Shown piece by piece: positions 18,525 to 31,707 of a DNA stretch of 64,000 bases (position 1 is its first letter; every line of letters begins with the position of its first letter). The stretch lies in NCBI RefSeq assembly GCF_056712565.1, contig NZ_CM160072.1. One strand, given 5' to 3'. Below the pieces are notes generated by a model. It ran no database searches. It saw nothing but the letters and a program-made list of their open reading frames with translations, and had not been told where the DNA came from. The translations under genes were made by a program, and so were the position numbers.

Positions 18525-19778
18525 GTGAGCCGTACTACAACTGTTGATGGCGCTCCGGCAAGCGACACTGACAAGCAAAGCATTTCTCAGTCAAATCAAT
18601 TTATTAAACGCGGTACGCCGCAATTTATGCGCGTCACCCTGGCGCTTTTCTCTGCCGGACTGGCAACTTTCGCACTTCTCTATTGTGTGCAACCTATCCT
18701 TCCGGTGCTTTCACAAGAGTTTGGCTTAACGCCCGCGAACAGTAGTATTTCACTGTCCATTTCAACGGCGATGTTGGCTATCGGTTTGCTGTTTACTGGC
18801 CCGCTATCCGATGCCATTGGTCGCAAACCAGTGATGGTCACGGCGCTACTGTTGGCCTCCATTTGTACGTTACTTTCGACAATGATGACCAGCTGGCACG
18901 GCATTTTGATTATGCGCGCCTTGATTGGGCTTTCGTTAAGTGGCGTGGCAGCCGTTGGCATGACTTATCTTAGCGAGGAAATCCACCCCAGTTTCGTGGC
19001 CTTTTCAATGGGGTTGTATATCAGCGGCAACTCAATTGGCGGCATGAGCGGACGCTTAATTAGCGGTGTCTTCACGGACTTTTTTAACTGGCGAATTGCT
19101 CTGGCGGCAATCGGTTGTTTCGCGTTGGCCTCGGCGTTGATGTTCTGGAAAATCCTCCCTGAATCACGCCATTTTCGCCCGACTTCGCTGCGCCCTAAGA
19201 CGTTATTCATCAACTTTCGTCTGCACTGGCGTGACCGGGGATTACCGTTATTGTTCGCAGAAGGCTTTTTGCTGATGGGGTCGTTCGTCACGCTGTTTAA
19301 TTACATCGGCTATAGGTTGATGCTTTCCCCCTGGCATGTCAGTCAGGCCGTGGTTGGCTTATTATCGCTGGCTTATTTGACCGGTACATGGAGCTCACCC
19401 AAAGCCGGAACCATGACCACCCGCTATGGACGCGGTCCGGTGATGTTGTTTTCGACGGGGGTTATGCTGTTTGGTTTACTGATGACCTTATTCAGCTCGC
19501 TGTGGCTGATCTTTGCCGGAATGTTACTCTTCTCAGCCGGATTCTTCGCAGCCCACTCCGTTGCCAGCAGCTGGATCGGCCCCCGCGCAAAACGCGCTAA
19601 AGGCCAGGCCTCCTCGCTGTATCTGTTCAGTTACTATCTGGGGTCGAGTATTGCCGGGACGCTGGGTGGTGTTTTCTGGCATAACTATGGCTGGAACGGC
19701 GTCGGCGCATTTATTGCTCTGATGCTGGTCATTGCTCTGCTGGTCGGGACGCGTTTGCATCATCGTCTGCACGCCTGA
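18525..19778 (+). CDS. ynfM: MFS transporter YnfM
   Basis: 417 aa; 12-TMS MFS pattern, GRKPVM motif between TMS2 and TMS3. Confidence 0.85.
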   Translation: MSRTTTVDGAPASDTDKQSISQSNQFIKRGTPQFMRVTLALFSAGLATFALLYCVQPILPVLSQEFGLTPANSSISLSISTAMLAIGLLFTGPLSDAIGRKPVMVTALLLASICTLLSTMMTSWHGILIMRALIGLSLSGVAAVGMTYLSEEIHPSFVAFSMGLYISGNSIGGMSGRLISGVFTDFFNWRIALAAIGCFALASALMFWKILPESRHFRPTSLRPKTLFINFRLHWRDRGLPLLFAEGFLLMGSFVTLFNYIGYRLMLSPWHVSQAVVGLLSLAYLTGTWSSPKAGTMTTRYGRGPVMLFSTGVMLFGLLMTLFSSLWLIFAGMLLFSAGFFAAHSVASSWIGPRAKRAKGQASSLYLFSYYLGSSIAGTLGGVFWHNYGWNGVGAFIALMLVIALLVGTRLHHRLHA

Positions 19779-19784
19779 AAAAAT

Positions 19785-19818
19785 AAGTCCGGACTGAGGT
19801 AAATACCCGTCCGGACTT
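19785..19818 (+). terminator. Hairpin downstream of ynfM (aagtccggac / gtccggactt stems)
   Basis: 10-bp inverted repeat with 14-nt loop just after the ynfM stop; weak T-tract. Confidence 0.3.
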
Positions 19819-20083
19819 ATTGCCTGCTCAAACCAACGTTAATAGCCATCCTAAAATAGACGAAGCGCCAGCCAATTCCCGCAGCGCATCTAGCGTCATC
19901 AGGATTATAAGTACCCAAATAAACGGATTCATTTTGCTGTGTGTCATTTATTACTGATGCGCAGTTATTCTACCGCTTTGTAAGTAGTAAAATAGTTAAC
20001 ACGATCAAGACTACTATTATTGGTAGCTAAATTTTCCTTAAGTCACAATACGTTATTATCAACGCTGTAATTTATTCAGCGTT

Positions 20084-20099
20084 TGTACATATCGTTACA
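20084..20099 (+). promoter_or_regulatory. RstA-box-like site (TGTACATATCGTTACA) in the asr promoter region
   Basis: Matches the TACATNTNGTTACA RstA box pattern, ~100 bp upstream of asr; asr is acid-induced via PhoBR/RstAB (established knowledge). Confidence 0.4.
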
Positions 20100-20202
20100 C
20101 GCTGAAACCAACCACTCACGGAAGTCTGCCATTCCCAGGGATATAGTTATTTCAACGGCCCCGCAGTGGGGTTAAATGAAAAAACAAATTGAGGGTATGA
20201 CA

Positions 20203-20511
20203 ATGAAAAAAGTATTAGCTCTGGTTGTTGCCGCTGCTATGGGTCTGTCTTCTGCTGCCTTTGCTGCAGAGACTGCGACCACACCTGCTCCGACTGCGAC
20301 GACCACCAAAGCAGCGCCTGCGAAAACCACACATCATAAAAAACAGCATAAAGCAGCACCTGCCCAGAAAGCGCAGGCGGCTAAAAAGCATCATAAAAAT
20401 GCCAAAGCTGAACAGAAAGCTCCTGAACAAAAAGCGCAGGCAGCGAAGAAACACGCCAAGAAACACAGCCATCAGCAACCGGCAAAACCTGCTGCACAAC
20501 CCGCAGCGTAA
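20203..20511 (+). CDS. asr: Acid shock protein Asr (periplasmic, Lys/His/Ala-rich)
   Basis: 102 aa from ATG at 20203 ([21 protein letters not shown] signal); low-complexity [12 protein letters not shown] repeats. Confidence 0.85.
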   Translation: MKKVLALVVAAAMGLSSAAFAAETATTPAPTATTTKAAPAKTTHHKKQHKAAPAQKAQAAKKHHKNAKAEQKAPEQKAQAAKKHAKKHSHQQPAKPAAQPAA

Positions 20512-20603
20512 GTTTTCAACAGTAATGCTGGCGCGCCCCCTCGCGCCTGAAAATTACGGTGCTAAGCGGGTAACGTTTAGCACCGCCTTTAGCGGAGGGT
20601 AGT

Positions 20604-20687
20604 ATGGTGGGCCGTTATCGCTTTGAGTTCATTCTTATCATCCTTATTTTATGCGCACTGATTGCCGCCCGTTTTTATCTTTCCTGA
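20604..20687 (+). CDS. ydgU: Small hydrophobic protein YdgU (27 aa)
   Basis: ATG..TGA encoding MVGRYRFEFILIILILCALIAARFYLS, preceded by GGAGGG; too short for the ORF track. Confidence 0.55.
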   Translation: MVGRYRFEFILIILILCALIAARFYLS

Positions 20688-20786
20688 TCGTAGTTATCTG
20701 ATTTTACTCCCACTTTCATCCCGTCCCGTCTATAGTATTTATGAGGGTTTGCTTTTAATAATCATAATTACCCACCAGAGTGTGAT

Positions 20787-21608
20787 ATGCGTACAACCAT
20801 TGCTGTAGTGTTGGGTGCAATTAGTTTGACGTCTGCTTTTGTGTTTGCAGATAAACCAGACGTTGCCAAATCGGCAAACGATGAGGTCAGCACCCTGTTT
20901 TTTGGTCATGATGATCGTGTGCCAGTGAATGACACGACCCAATCACCGTGGGATGCGGTTGGCCAACTGGAAACGGCCAGCGGCAATTTATGTACGGCGA
21001 CGCTGATTGCACCCAATCTGGCATTAACGGCAGGACACTGTTTATTGACGCCGCCAAAGGGTAAAGCCGATAAAGCGGTAGCGCTGCGTTTCGTGTCAAA
21101 TAAAGGTCTTTGGCGCTATGAGATCCACGACATAGAAGGCCGCGTTGATCCGACACTGGGAAAGCGGTTAAAAGCAGATGGGGATGGCTGGATTGTACCT
21201 CCCGCAGCTGCGCCCTGGGACTTCGGTTTGATTGTGCTACGTAATCCCCCTTCTGGCATTACACCGTTGCCGTTATTTGAGGGAGATAAAGCCGCGCTTA
21301 CCGCCGCATTAAAAGCGGCTGGTCGTAAAGTGACTCAGGCGGGCTACCCTGAAGATCATCTCGATACGTTGTACAGTCATCAAAACTGTGAAGTGACTGG
21401 CTGGGCGCAAACGTCGGTGATGTCGCATCAGTGCGATACCTTGCCGGGTGACAGCGGTTCGCCTCTGATGTTGCATACCGATGACGGCTGGCAATTAATT
21501 GGGGTGCAAAGCTCGGCTCCTGCCGCGAAAGATCGCTGGCGCGCCGATAACCGGGCCATTTCTGTTACCGGTTTTCGCGACAAGCTGGATCAACTGTCGC
21601 AAAAATAA
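20787..21608 (+). CDS. ydgD: Secreted trypsin-like serine protease YdgD
   Basis: 273 aa; signal peptide; catalytic His (TAGHC) and Ser (GDSGSP) motifs. Confidence 0.85.
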   Translation: MRTTIAVVLGAISLTSAFVFADKPDVAKSANDEVSTLFFGHDDRVPVNDTTQSPWDAVGQLETASGNLCTATLIAPNLALTAGHCLLTPPKGKADKAVALRFVSNKGLWRYEIHDIEGRVDPTLGKRLKADGDGWIVPPAAAPWDFGLIVLRNPPSGITPLPLFEGDKAALTAALKAAGRKVTQAGYPEDHLDTLYSHQNCEVTGWAQTSVMSHQCDTLPGDSGSPLMLHTDDGWQLIGVQSSAPAAKDRWRADNRAISVTGFRDKLDQLSQK

Positions 21609-21646
21609 TGTTCAAACGCTGCCCGACAGCGCGGGCAGCGTGTTCA

Positions 21647-21976
21647 TCAGGCAAGTTTCACCATGATCATTCCAGCCAACAGCAGCACCAGGCCAATCCA
21701 GCCTTTACGATTTAACCTTTGACCAAACAAGATCCAACCTGCGGCTAACGTGGCGGCAATACCAAACCCGCCCCACAATGCATAAGCGACAGACAAGTCG
21801 ATCCCTTTAACGGCCTGAGAAAGCGCACTAAAGGCAGCCAGCACCGCCGCCAGAGAGAGCAAGCCAAATATTTTGCGACGAAAGCCGTCAGAAAATTTCA
21901 AAAAGACGTTAGCAACGATTTCCAGCACGATTGCCAATGCCAGCCAGGCGGCGTGAACCCATTCAAACTGCGCCAT
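21647..21976 (-). CDS. mdtI: SMR-family spermidine exporter subunit MdtI
   Basis: 109 aa, 4-TMS small multidrug resistance fold; 14-bp overlap with mdtJ. Confidence 0.9.
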
Positions 21977-22328
21977 GGTTCACCTCCAGTTCAGGTTTAC
22001 GCGCTTTACGGGTACCTGACTTGATCAACACAATCCCGGCCACCAGGGTGGTTAACCCGGCAATTTTCATCAGCGATAAACTTTCGTCGAATAACAAAAC
22101 GCTAAACAAGGTAATAAATAAAATACCGATACCTTCCCACAGCGCATAAGCTACGCCTAAGGCGATTTTTTTAACGGCGAAAGAGAGAAATATATACGAC
22201 AGAGAAATCATCACCAGCATTAAAATAAAGCCGCCATTTCCCTCACTGACGCTCGCCCATTTCATTGACAGCGTACCGGTAATTTCCGTAGCAATAGCCA
22301 GACCTAATAAAATCCAATAAATATACAT
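21963..22328 (-). CDS. mdtJ: SMR-family spermidine exporter subunit MdtJ
   Basis: 121 aa, SMR family; first gene of the mdtJI pair. Confidence 0.9.
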
Positions 22329-22738
22329 TATCCTTCTCCTGCAAGAGAATTATTTTAATTTTCGCTTAATTCAGCGAAACCAAAGTAAAGTGATCAAGCC
22401 CCGCGCATAGCGCAAGCTTAGGCAGAAGAAAGGACTAAAGCGCGTTGCGCCAGTGCTGCTCACCTACGAGCAAGATAGTGGATGAGGTACGAAGATGGGT
22501 AAATGTAGAAAATAACGTCCTGAACAAATTGTCCATAATATTACAATTATCCGCAGTGTTGCTTCTCGTCCTCGCGGATGATAATTGTCCTCGGTAGTTG
22601 AACACGCCTGATTTGTATCACAGCTTAAGAATTAACTCAAAATATTTTCACTTCTTTACCTGAGCGGTTTGATTTTCGTTATGATGACGGAGCGGAAAAG
22701 ACATTATTATTAGCAAAGAAGAAAAAACGGGGACAAGC

Positions 22739-23773
22739 ATGGCAAAGCCGATCATCACGCTCAATGGCCTAAAAATCGTCATTATGTTGGGAATGCTGGT
22801 CATTATTCTCTGCGGTATCCGTTTTGCCGCCGAGATCATCGTGCCGTTTATTCTCGCATTATTTATTGCTGTTATTCTTAACCCGCTGGTGCAACACATG
22901 GTCCGCTGGCGTGTGCCGCGTGTACTGGCAGTGTCAATTTTGATGACCATCATCGTGATGGCGATGGTGTTGCTGTTAGCTTATCTGGGTTCCGCGCTCA
23001 ATGAGTTGACGCGGACGTTACCGCAATATCGCAACTCTATTATGACGCCGCTGCAAGCGATTGAACCGTTGTTGCAACGCGTAGGGATTGATGTCTCAGT
23101 TGACCAACTGGCGCATTACATTGATCCGAACGCGGCGATGACGTTGCTCACCAACTTATTGACGCAGTTATCTAATGCCATGTCATCAATATTTTTATTG
23201 CTGCTGACGGTGCTGTTTATGTTGCTCGAAGTGCCACAATTGCCCGGAAAATTTCAGCAAATGATGGCGCGTCCGGTTGAAGGGATGGCGGCGATTCAGC
23301 GTGCGATTGACAGTGTGTCTCATTATCTGGTGCTGAAAACAGCCATCAGCATCATCACCGGCCTGGTCGCCTGGGCGATGCTCGCCGCACTCGATGTTCG
23401 CTTCGCTTTTGTCTGGGGATTGCTGGCCTTTGCGCTTAATTACATCCCGAATATTGGTTCAGTTCTCGCGGCAATCCCCCCTATCGCTCAGGTACTGGTG
23501 TTTAATGGCTTCTACGAAGCGTTGCTGGTGCTGGCGGGATATCTGCTGATTAATCTGGTCTTCGGCAATATTCTGGAGCCACGCATCATGGGGCGTGGGC
23601 TGGGGCTTTCCACATTGGTGGTATTTTTGTCGTTGATTTTTTGGGGATGGTTGTTAGGACCGGTGGGTATGCTGCTTTCCGTGCCGTTGACAATTATTGT
23701 CAAAATTGCGCTTGAACAAACAGCGGGAGGTCAAAGCATCGCCGTTCTGTTAAGCGATCTCAATAAAGAGTGA
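22739..23773 (+). CDS. tqsA: AI-2 exporter family membrane protein TqsA (YdgG)
   Basis: 344 aa polytopic membrane protein of the PerM/AI-2E family. Confidence 0.85.
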   Translation: MAKPIITLNGLKIVIMLGMLVIILCGIRFAAEIIVPFILALFIAVILNPLVQHMVRWRVPRVLAVSILMTIIVMAMVLLLAYLGSALNELTRTLPQYRNSIMTPLQAIEPLLQRVGIDVSVDQLAHYIDPNAAMTLLTNLLTQLSNAMSSIFLLLLTVLFMLLEVPQLPGKFQQMMARPVEGMAAIQRAIDSVSHYLVLKTAISIITGLVAWAMLAALDVRFAFVWGLLAFALNYIPNIGSVLAAIPPIAQVLVFNGFYEALLVLAGYLLINLVFGNILEPRIMGRGLGLSTLVVFLSLIFWGWLLGPVGMLLSVPLTIIVKIALEQTAGGQSIAVLLSDLNKE

Positions 23774-23794
23774 CGGCCTCCGCAGAGGCCGTCA
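23771..23794. terminator. Bidirectional hairpin between convergent tqsA and pntB
   Basis: tgacggcctccgcagaggccgtca, a 10-bp perfect inverted repeat with 4-nt loop, between the two stop codons. Confidence 0.5.
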
Positions 23795-23797
23795 GGG

Positions 23798-25189
<1,392 letters not shown>

Positions 25190-25196
25190 TTACCCC

Positions 25197-26792
<1,596 letters not shown>

Positions 26793-27252
26793 TCATGTAC
26801 GAGCTAAATGTTACTCCGTTAAAATAAATTAGTAACAAACGCCCTATAACGTACTGAAAATTATGCCTGTGATCTAGCGCCAAAAATCAGTATTTCGGCG
26901 TGAACTCGCAAAATATTAACGATTCAGCCGTGATAGTGGGATAAACACCTTAGAACGCCGGATAAAGACTGATAATTGTCTTCGGCGGCCGGGTAAAACG
27001 AGACATCGCCCCGGCACAAATCACTACTTAACATTAAATTAACTTATACAATTCAGTTGCTTCAGTAGTATTGATGGTGATACGGCTGTTTTTTAAGCAT
27101 AGACGGTCATTTGAGCAGAATTAAAATTGGTTTAAGGAATGTGATATGAAAAATGACGCAGACAGTTACACCGTTTAAATGCAATAATCAGCCACGTTTC
27201 TCGTTAATAACAATACCAGTACCTGGTTTGCGCAAGGCGAAGGATTATTTTT

Positions 27253-28197
27253 ATGAAGCTTAAGAACACCCTCCTGGCGTCGGCACTGCTTTCTGCTACG
27301 GCATTCTCCGTTAACGCAGCAACAGAACTGACACCGGAGCAAGCGGCAGCGGTTAAACCTTTTGACCGTGTAGTGGTTACCGGTCGTTTTAATGCTATTG
27401 GCGAAGCGGTGAAAGCCGTTTCTCGTCGCGCAGATAAAGAAGGTGCCGCCTCTTTTTATGTTGTCGACACTTCTGATTTTGGTAACAGCGGTAACTGGCG
27501 TGTGGTCGCTGACCTCTATAAAGCCGATGCTGAAAAAGCAGAAGAAACAAGTAATCGCGTAATTAACGGTGTTGTCGAACTGCCGAAAGATCAGGCTGTT
27601 CTGATTGAACCGTTTGACACGGTCACCGTCCAGGGCTTCTATCGTAGCCAGCCAGAAGTCAATGATGCCATCACCAAAGCAGCAAAAGCGAAAGGTGCCT
27701 ACTCTTTCTACATCGTTCGTCAAATCGATGCCAACCAGGGCGGCAACCAGCGTATTACTGCATTCATCTATAAAAAAGATGCTAAGAAACGTATCGTCCA
27801 GAGCCCGGATGTCATCCCGGCAGATTCCGAAGCAGGACGTGCAGCTCTGGCTGCCGGTGGCGAAGCTGCGAAGAAAGTTGAGATCCCGGGTGTTGCGACT
27901 ACCGCATCACCAAGTTCTGAAGTCGGTCGCTTCTTTGAAACCCAGTCATCAAAAGGCGGGCGTTACACCGTCACGCTCCCGGATGGCACTAAAGTCGAAG
28001 AACTGAACAAAGCGACCGCAGCGATGATGGTCCCGTTCGACAGCATCAAATTCTCTGGCAACTACGGCAACATGACCGAAGTCTCCTATCAGGTTGCGAA
28101 ACGTGCCGCGAAGAAAGGTGCTAAGTATTACCACATCACCCGCCAGTGGCAGGAACGTGGTAATAACCTGACCGTCAGCGCAGATCTGTATAAATAA
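27253..28197 (+). CDS. ydgH: Periplasmic triple-DUF1471 (YdgH/BhsA/McbA family) protein YdgH
   Basis: 314 aa; signal peptide; three internal ~90-aa repeats each ending ...FY(V/I)V... Confidence 0.85.
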   Translation: MKLKNTLLASALLSATAFSVNAATELTPEQAAAVKPFDRVVVTGRFNAIGEAVKAVSRRADKEGAASFYVVDTSDFGNSGNWRVVADLYKADAEKAEETSNRVINGVVELPKDQAVLIEPFDTVTVQGFYRSQPEVNDAITKAAKAKGAYSFYIVRQIDANQGGNQRITAFIYKKDAKKRIVQSPDVIPADSEAGRAALAAGGEAAKKVEIPGVATTASPSSEVGRFFETQSSKGGRYTVTLPDGTKVEELNKATAAMMVPFDSIKFSGNYGNMTEVSYQVAKRAAKKGAKYYHITRQWQERGNNLTVSADLYK

Positions 28198-28215
28198 CTA
28201 TTCAGTTACTCCTAT

Positions 28216-28246
28216 AAGGCGGCTTGATGCCGCCTTTCGCATTTTT
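28216..28246 (+). terminator. Rho-independent terminator after ydgH
   Basis: aaggcggcttgatgccgcctt hairpin followed by tcgcattttt. Confidence 0.6.
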
Positions 28247-28382
28247 AGTCACAAATTTCCCCGCGACCATTGCATGCAGACACATCTCTTCGTAAAATCC
28301 CGCGCTTCAGTGGCAAACTCCATTTTTATGCGTTTTGCCCTAATATTTATTCTTCTTATCACGTTTTAATCACTGGATATCG

Positions 28383-29765
28383 ATGGAAAAGAAACTGGGA
28401 CTGAGCGCACTCACCGCGCTGGTATTAAGCTCAATGCTGGGCGCGGGTGTTTTCAGTCTGCCGCAAAATATGGCGGCAGTTGCCAGCCCGGCAGCACTGC
28501 TCATCGGCTGGGGTATTACTGGCGCTGGCATTTTATTGCTGGCCTTTGCCATGCTGATCCTCACGCGCATTCGTCCCGAACTTGACGGCGGTATCTTTAC
28601 CTATGCCCGCGAAGGGTTTGGCGAGCTAATCGGCTTTTGTTCCGCATGGGGATACTGGCTGTGCGCAGTCATCGCCAACGTCTCCTATCTGGTGATCGTT
28701 TTTTCCGCGTTAAGCTTTTTTACGGACACGCCGGAATTGCGCCTGTTTGGCGATGGTAATACCTGGCAATCGATCGTCGGTGCATCGACTTTATTGTGGA
28801 TTGTTCACTTTTTGATCCTGCGCGGGGTGCAAACCGCTGCCAGCATTAACCTGGTGGCGACACTGGCAAAACTGTTGCCGCTGGGTCTGTTTGTTGTACT
28901 GGCGATGATGATGTTCAAACTGGATACCTTCAAGCTCGACTTCACCGGACTTGCACTTGGCGTACCCGTGTGGGAACAGGTGAAAAACACCATGCTGATC
29001 ACCCTGTGGGTTTTCATTGGTGTGGAAGGTGCCGTGGTTGTTTCTGCGCGTGCGCGTAATAAGCGTGATGTTGGCAAAGCGACACTGCTGGCGGTTCTCT
29101 CCGCTCTGGGCGTTTATTTGCTGGTAACGCTGCTTTCGCTGGGCGTGGTGGCACGTCCTGAACTGGCTGAAATTCGTAACCCGTCAATGGCCGGTCTGAT
29201 GGTGGAAATGATGGGACCGTGGGGCGAAATCATCATCGCTGCCGGTTTGATCGTTTCCGTTTGCGGCGCGTACTTAAGCTGGACCATCATGGCAGCAGAA
29301 GTTCCGTTCCTTGCAGCCACTCATAAAGCATTCCCGCGCATTTTTGCGCGCCAGAACGCACAAGCTGCGCCATCCGCTTCACTGTGGCTGACCAACATCT
29401 GCGTGCAAATTTGTCTGGTGCTCATCTGGCTGACCGGTTCCGATTACAACACATTGCTGACCATCGCCTCAGAAATGATTCTGGTGCCCTATTTCCTGGT
29501 CGGCGCGTTCTTGCTGAAAATCGCAACCCGTCCACTGCATAAGGCGGTAGGTGTCGGTGCCTGCATTTATGGCTTATGGTTACTGTACGCCTCTGGTCCA
29601 ATGCACTTGCTGTTATCCGTTGTTCTGTATGCGCCGGGGCTGCTGGTTTTCCTGTACGCGCGTAAAACGCATACACATGATAATGTACTGAACCGTCAGG
29701 AAATGGTGCTGATTGGCATGCTGTTAATTGCCTCAGTTCCGGCGACCTGGATGCTGGTGGGATAA
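28383..29765 (+). CDS. ydgI: APC-family amino acid transporter YdgI (arginine:ornithine antiporter-like)
   Basis: 460 aa, 12-13 TMS, APC superfamily pattern. Confidence 0.85.
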   Translation: MEKKLGLSALTALVLSSMLGAGVFSLPQNMAAVASPAALLIGWGITGAGILLLAFAMLILTRIRPELDGGIFTYAREGFGELIGFCSAWGYWLCAVIANVSYLVIVFSALSFFTDTPELRLFGDGNTWQSIVGASTLLWIVHFLILRGVQTAASINLVATLAKLLPLGLFVVLAMMMFKLDTFKLDFTGLALGVPVWEQVKNTMLITLWVFIGVEGAVVVSARARNKRDVGKATLLAVLSALGVYLLVTLLSLGVVARPELAEIRNPSMAGLMVEMMGPWGEIIIAAGLIVSVCGAYLSWTIMAAEVPFLAATHKAFPRIFARQNAQAAPSASLWLTNICVQICLVLIWLTGSDYNTLLTIASEMILVPYFLVGAFLLKIATRPLHKAVGVGACIYGLWLLYASGPMHLLLSVVLYAPGLLVFLYARKTHTHDNVLNRQEMVLIGMLLIASVPATWMLVG

Positions 29766-29801
29766 CGTTCATCCCATCGTTGGATAGCAAAGGAGATAAC
29801 G

Positions 29802-30524
29802 ATGGGTAAAACCCAGTCCTTGCCAATATTAATTACTGGCGGAGGTCGCCGCATCGGCCTCGCCCTCGCATGGCATTTCATTAATCAAAAGCAACCGGTG
29901 ATTGTCAGCTATCGGACGCACTATCCCGCCATTGATGGACTGATTAAGGCAGGTGCGCAGTGTATTCAGGCTGATTTTTCGACCAACGACGGTGTGATGG
30001 CGTTTGCCGATGAAGTACTAAAAAGCACCCATGGTCTGCGTGCTATTTTGCATAACGCCAGCGCGTGGATGGCGGAAAAACCGGGAGCGCCACTGACCGA
30101 TGTACTGGCTTGCATGATGCAGATCCACGTTAATACCCCATACCTGCTCAACCATGCTCTGGAAAGATTACTGCGTGGGCACGGACACGCCGCCAGCGAT
30201 ATCATTCACTTTACCGATTATGTGGTGGAGCGCGGTAGCGACAAACATATTGCGTATGCTGCAAGCAAAGCGGCACTGGATAATATGACCCGCTCGTTTG
30301 CCCGCAAGCTGGCACCGGAAGTGAAAGTGAATTCTATTGCGCCATCGCTGATCCTGTTTAATGAACATGATGATGCTGAATATCGACAACAGGCGCTGAA
30401 TAAATCACTGATGAAAACAGCGCCTGGCGAGAAAGAAGTGATCGACCTGGTCGATTACTTACTTACCAGCTGCTTTGTCACCGGACGCAGTTTCCCTCTT
30501 GATGGCGGTCGTCATCTGCGTTAA
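29802..30524 (+). CDS. folM: SDR-family dihydromonapterin/dihydrofolate reductase FolM
   Basis: 240 aa; SDR catalytic YxxxK (YAASKAALDNMTRSFA) and N-terminal glycine-rich NADPH fold. Confidence 0.85.
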   Translation: MGKTQSLPILITGGGRRIGLALAWHFINQKQPVIVSYRTHYPAIDGLIKAGAQCIQADFSTNDGVMAFADEVLKSTHGLRAILHNASAWMAEKPGAPLTDVLACMMQIHVNTPYLLNHALERLLRGHGHAASDIIHFTDYVVERGSDKHIAYAASKAALDNMTRSFARKLAPEVKVNSIAPSLILFNEHDDAEYRQQALNKSLMKTAPGEKEVIDLVDYLLTSCFVTGRSFPLDGGRHLR

Positions 30525-30856
30525 TGCAGCTTTATCCAGCATATAATCAACACCCATGCGCTTATTCCCCAGCACGCAACAGAACCAACAAAAGCAGCGG
30601 GCAAGCGCATCATTCCGGTGAAATACCATAGCGCCGCCAGGTAAACAAAATAGGGAATAATCGGCCACATACTAAAAATGATGGTTGCGCGTAAGGCTTC
30701 AATGCCGCGTTCGCTGGCAACAATATAATGCGCGATAAGCGCAAAGGTCGGGAAAAGTGGAATCAGCCCGGCGATATAATAATTTTTCGTTTTTGCTAAA
30801 ACACCAATCAACAGCACTACCAGCGCACCGAGCGCGGCTTTGATTACCAGCCCCAT
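30521..30856 (-). CDS. ydgC: GlpM-family small membrane protein YdgC
   Basis: 111 aa hydrophobic; 4-bp convergent overlap with folM. Confidence 0.8.
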   Translation of the reverse strand: MGLVIKAALGALVVLLIGVLAKTKNYYIAGLIPLFPTFALIAHYIVASERGIEALRATIIFSMWPIIPYFVYLAALWYFTGMMRLPAAFVGSVACWGISAWVLIICWIKLH

Positions 30857-30984
30857 CTTTTTACCTTAACACTTCCATAACAAGTCATCAGTAGAATACC
30901 TGATGAAACCTTGTTTAGAAACGATTGATAGTAAGTAAAAACAGTGCGGTGTATTGTGACGTTTTTATATCTACCGTGAATGTT

Positions 30985-31704
30985 ATGAACACTATCGTAT
31001 TTGTGGAAGATGATGCGGAAGTCGGTGCACTGATTGCCGCATACCTGGCAAAACATGATATGCAGGTTACCGTAGAGCCGCGCGGCGACCGGGCCGAAGA
31101 AACTATTCTGCGAGAAAATCCGGATTTGGTGTTACTCGACATCATGCTACCAGGCAAGGACGGCATGACCATTTGTCGTGATTTACGCGCAAAGTGGTCC
31201 GGACCGATTGTTCTTCTAACCTCTCTCGATAGCGATATGAACCACATCCTGGCACTGGAAATGGGCGCCTGCGACTATATTCTCAAAACGACGCCCCCTG
31301 CTGTTTTGCTAGCGCGTTTACGCTTGCATTTGCGTCAGAATGAGCAAGCCACAGTGACCAAAGGTATTCAGGAAACGTCTCTGACTCCCTACAAAGCCCT
31401 GCATTTCGGCACGTTGACCATCGATCCCATCAACCGCGTAGTCTCCCTGGCTAACACTGAAATCTCGCTCTCGACAGCTGATTTCGAATTATTGTGGGAA
31501 TTAGCTACCCATGCCGGGCAAATCATGGACCGCGATGCATTGCTGAAAAATTTACGCGGCGTCAGTTATGACGGACTGGATCGTAGCGTGGACGTGGCTA
31601 TTTCGCGGTTAAGAAAAAAACTGCTCGATAACGCCGCAGAACCTTATCGTATTAAAACCGTGCGTAACAAAGGCTATCTTTTTGCGCCTCATGCGTGGGA
31701 ATAA
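30985..31704 (+). CDS. rstA: OmpR-family response regulator RstA
   Basis: 239 aa from ATG at 30985 (MNTIVFVEDDAEVGALIAAYL); receiver domain plus winged-helix domain. Confidence 0.9.
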   Translation: MNTIVFVEDDAEVGALIAAYLAKHDMQVTVEPRGDRAEETILRENPDLVLLDIMLPGKDGMTICRDLRAKWSGPIVLLTSLDSDMNHILALEMGACDYILKTTPPAVLLARLRLHLRQNEQATVTKGIQETSLTPYKALHFGTLTIDPINRVVSLANTEISLSTADFELLWELATHAGQIMDRDALLKNLRGVSYDGLDRSVDVAISRLRKKLLDNAAEPYRIKTVRNKGYLFAPHAWE

Positions 31705-31707
31705 GCG

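Noticed and set aside
20215..20602. Overlapping ORFs on both strands across asr (94 aa minus, 125 aa plus)
   Set aside because: Alternative-frame readings of the low-complexity Lys/Ala-rich asr sequence.
27605..28006. 133-aa plus-strand ORF inside ydgH in another frame
   Set aside because: ydgH in its own frame has a signal peptide and a triple-domain structure; the alternative frame is basic and low-complexity with no RBS.
30912..30928. Possible PhoP box (tgtttagaaacgattga) upstream of rstA
   Set aside because: Only the first hexamer matches TGTTTA; the second half-site is poor (3 of 6), so the call is too weak for the feature list.
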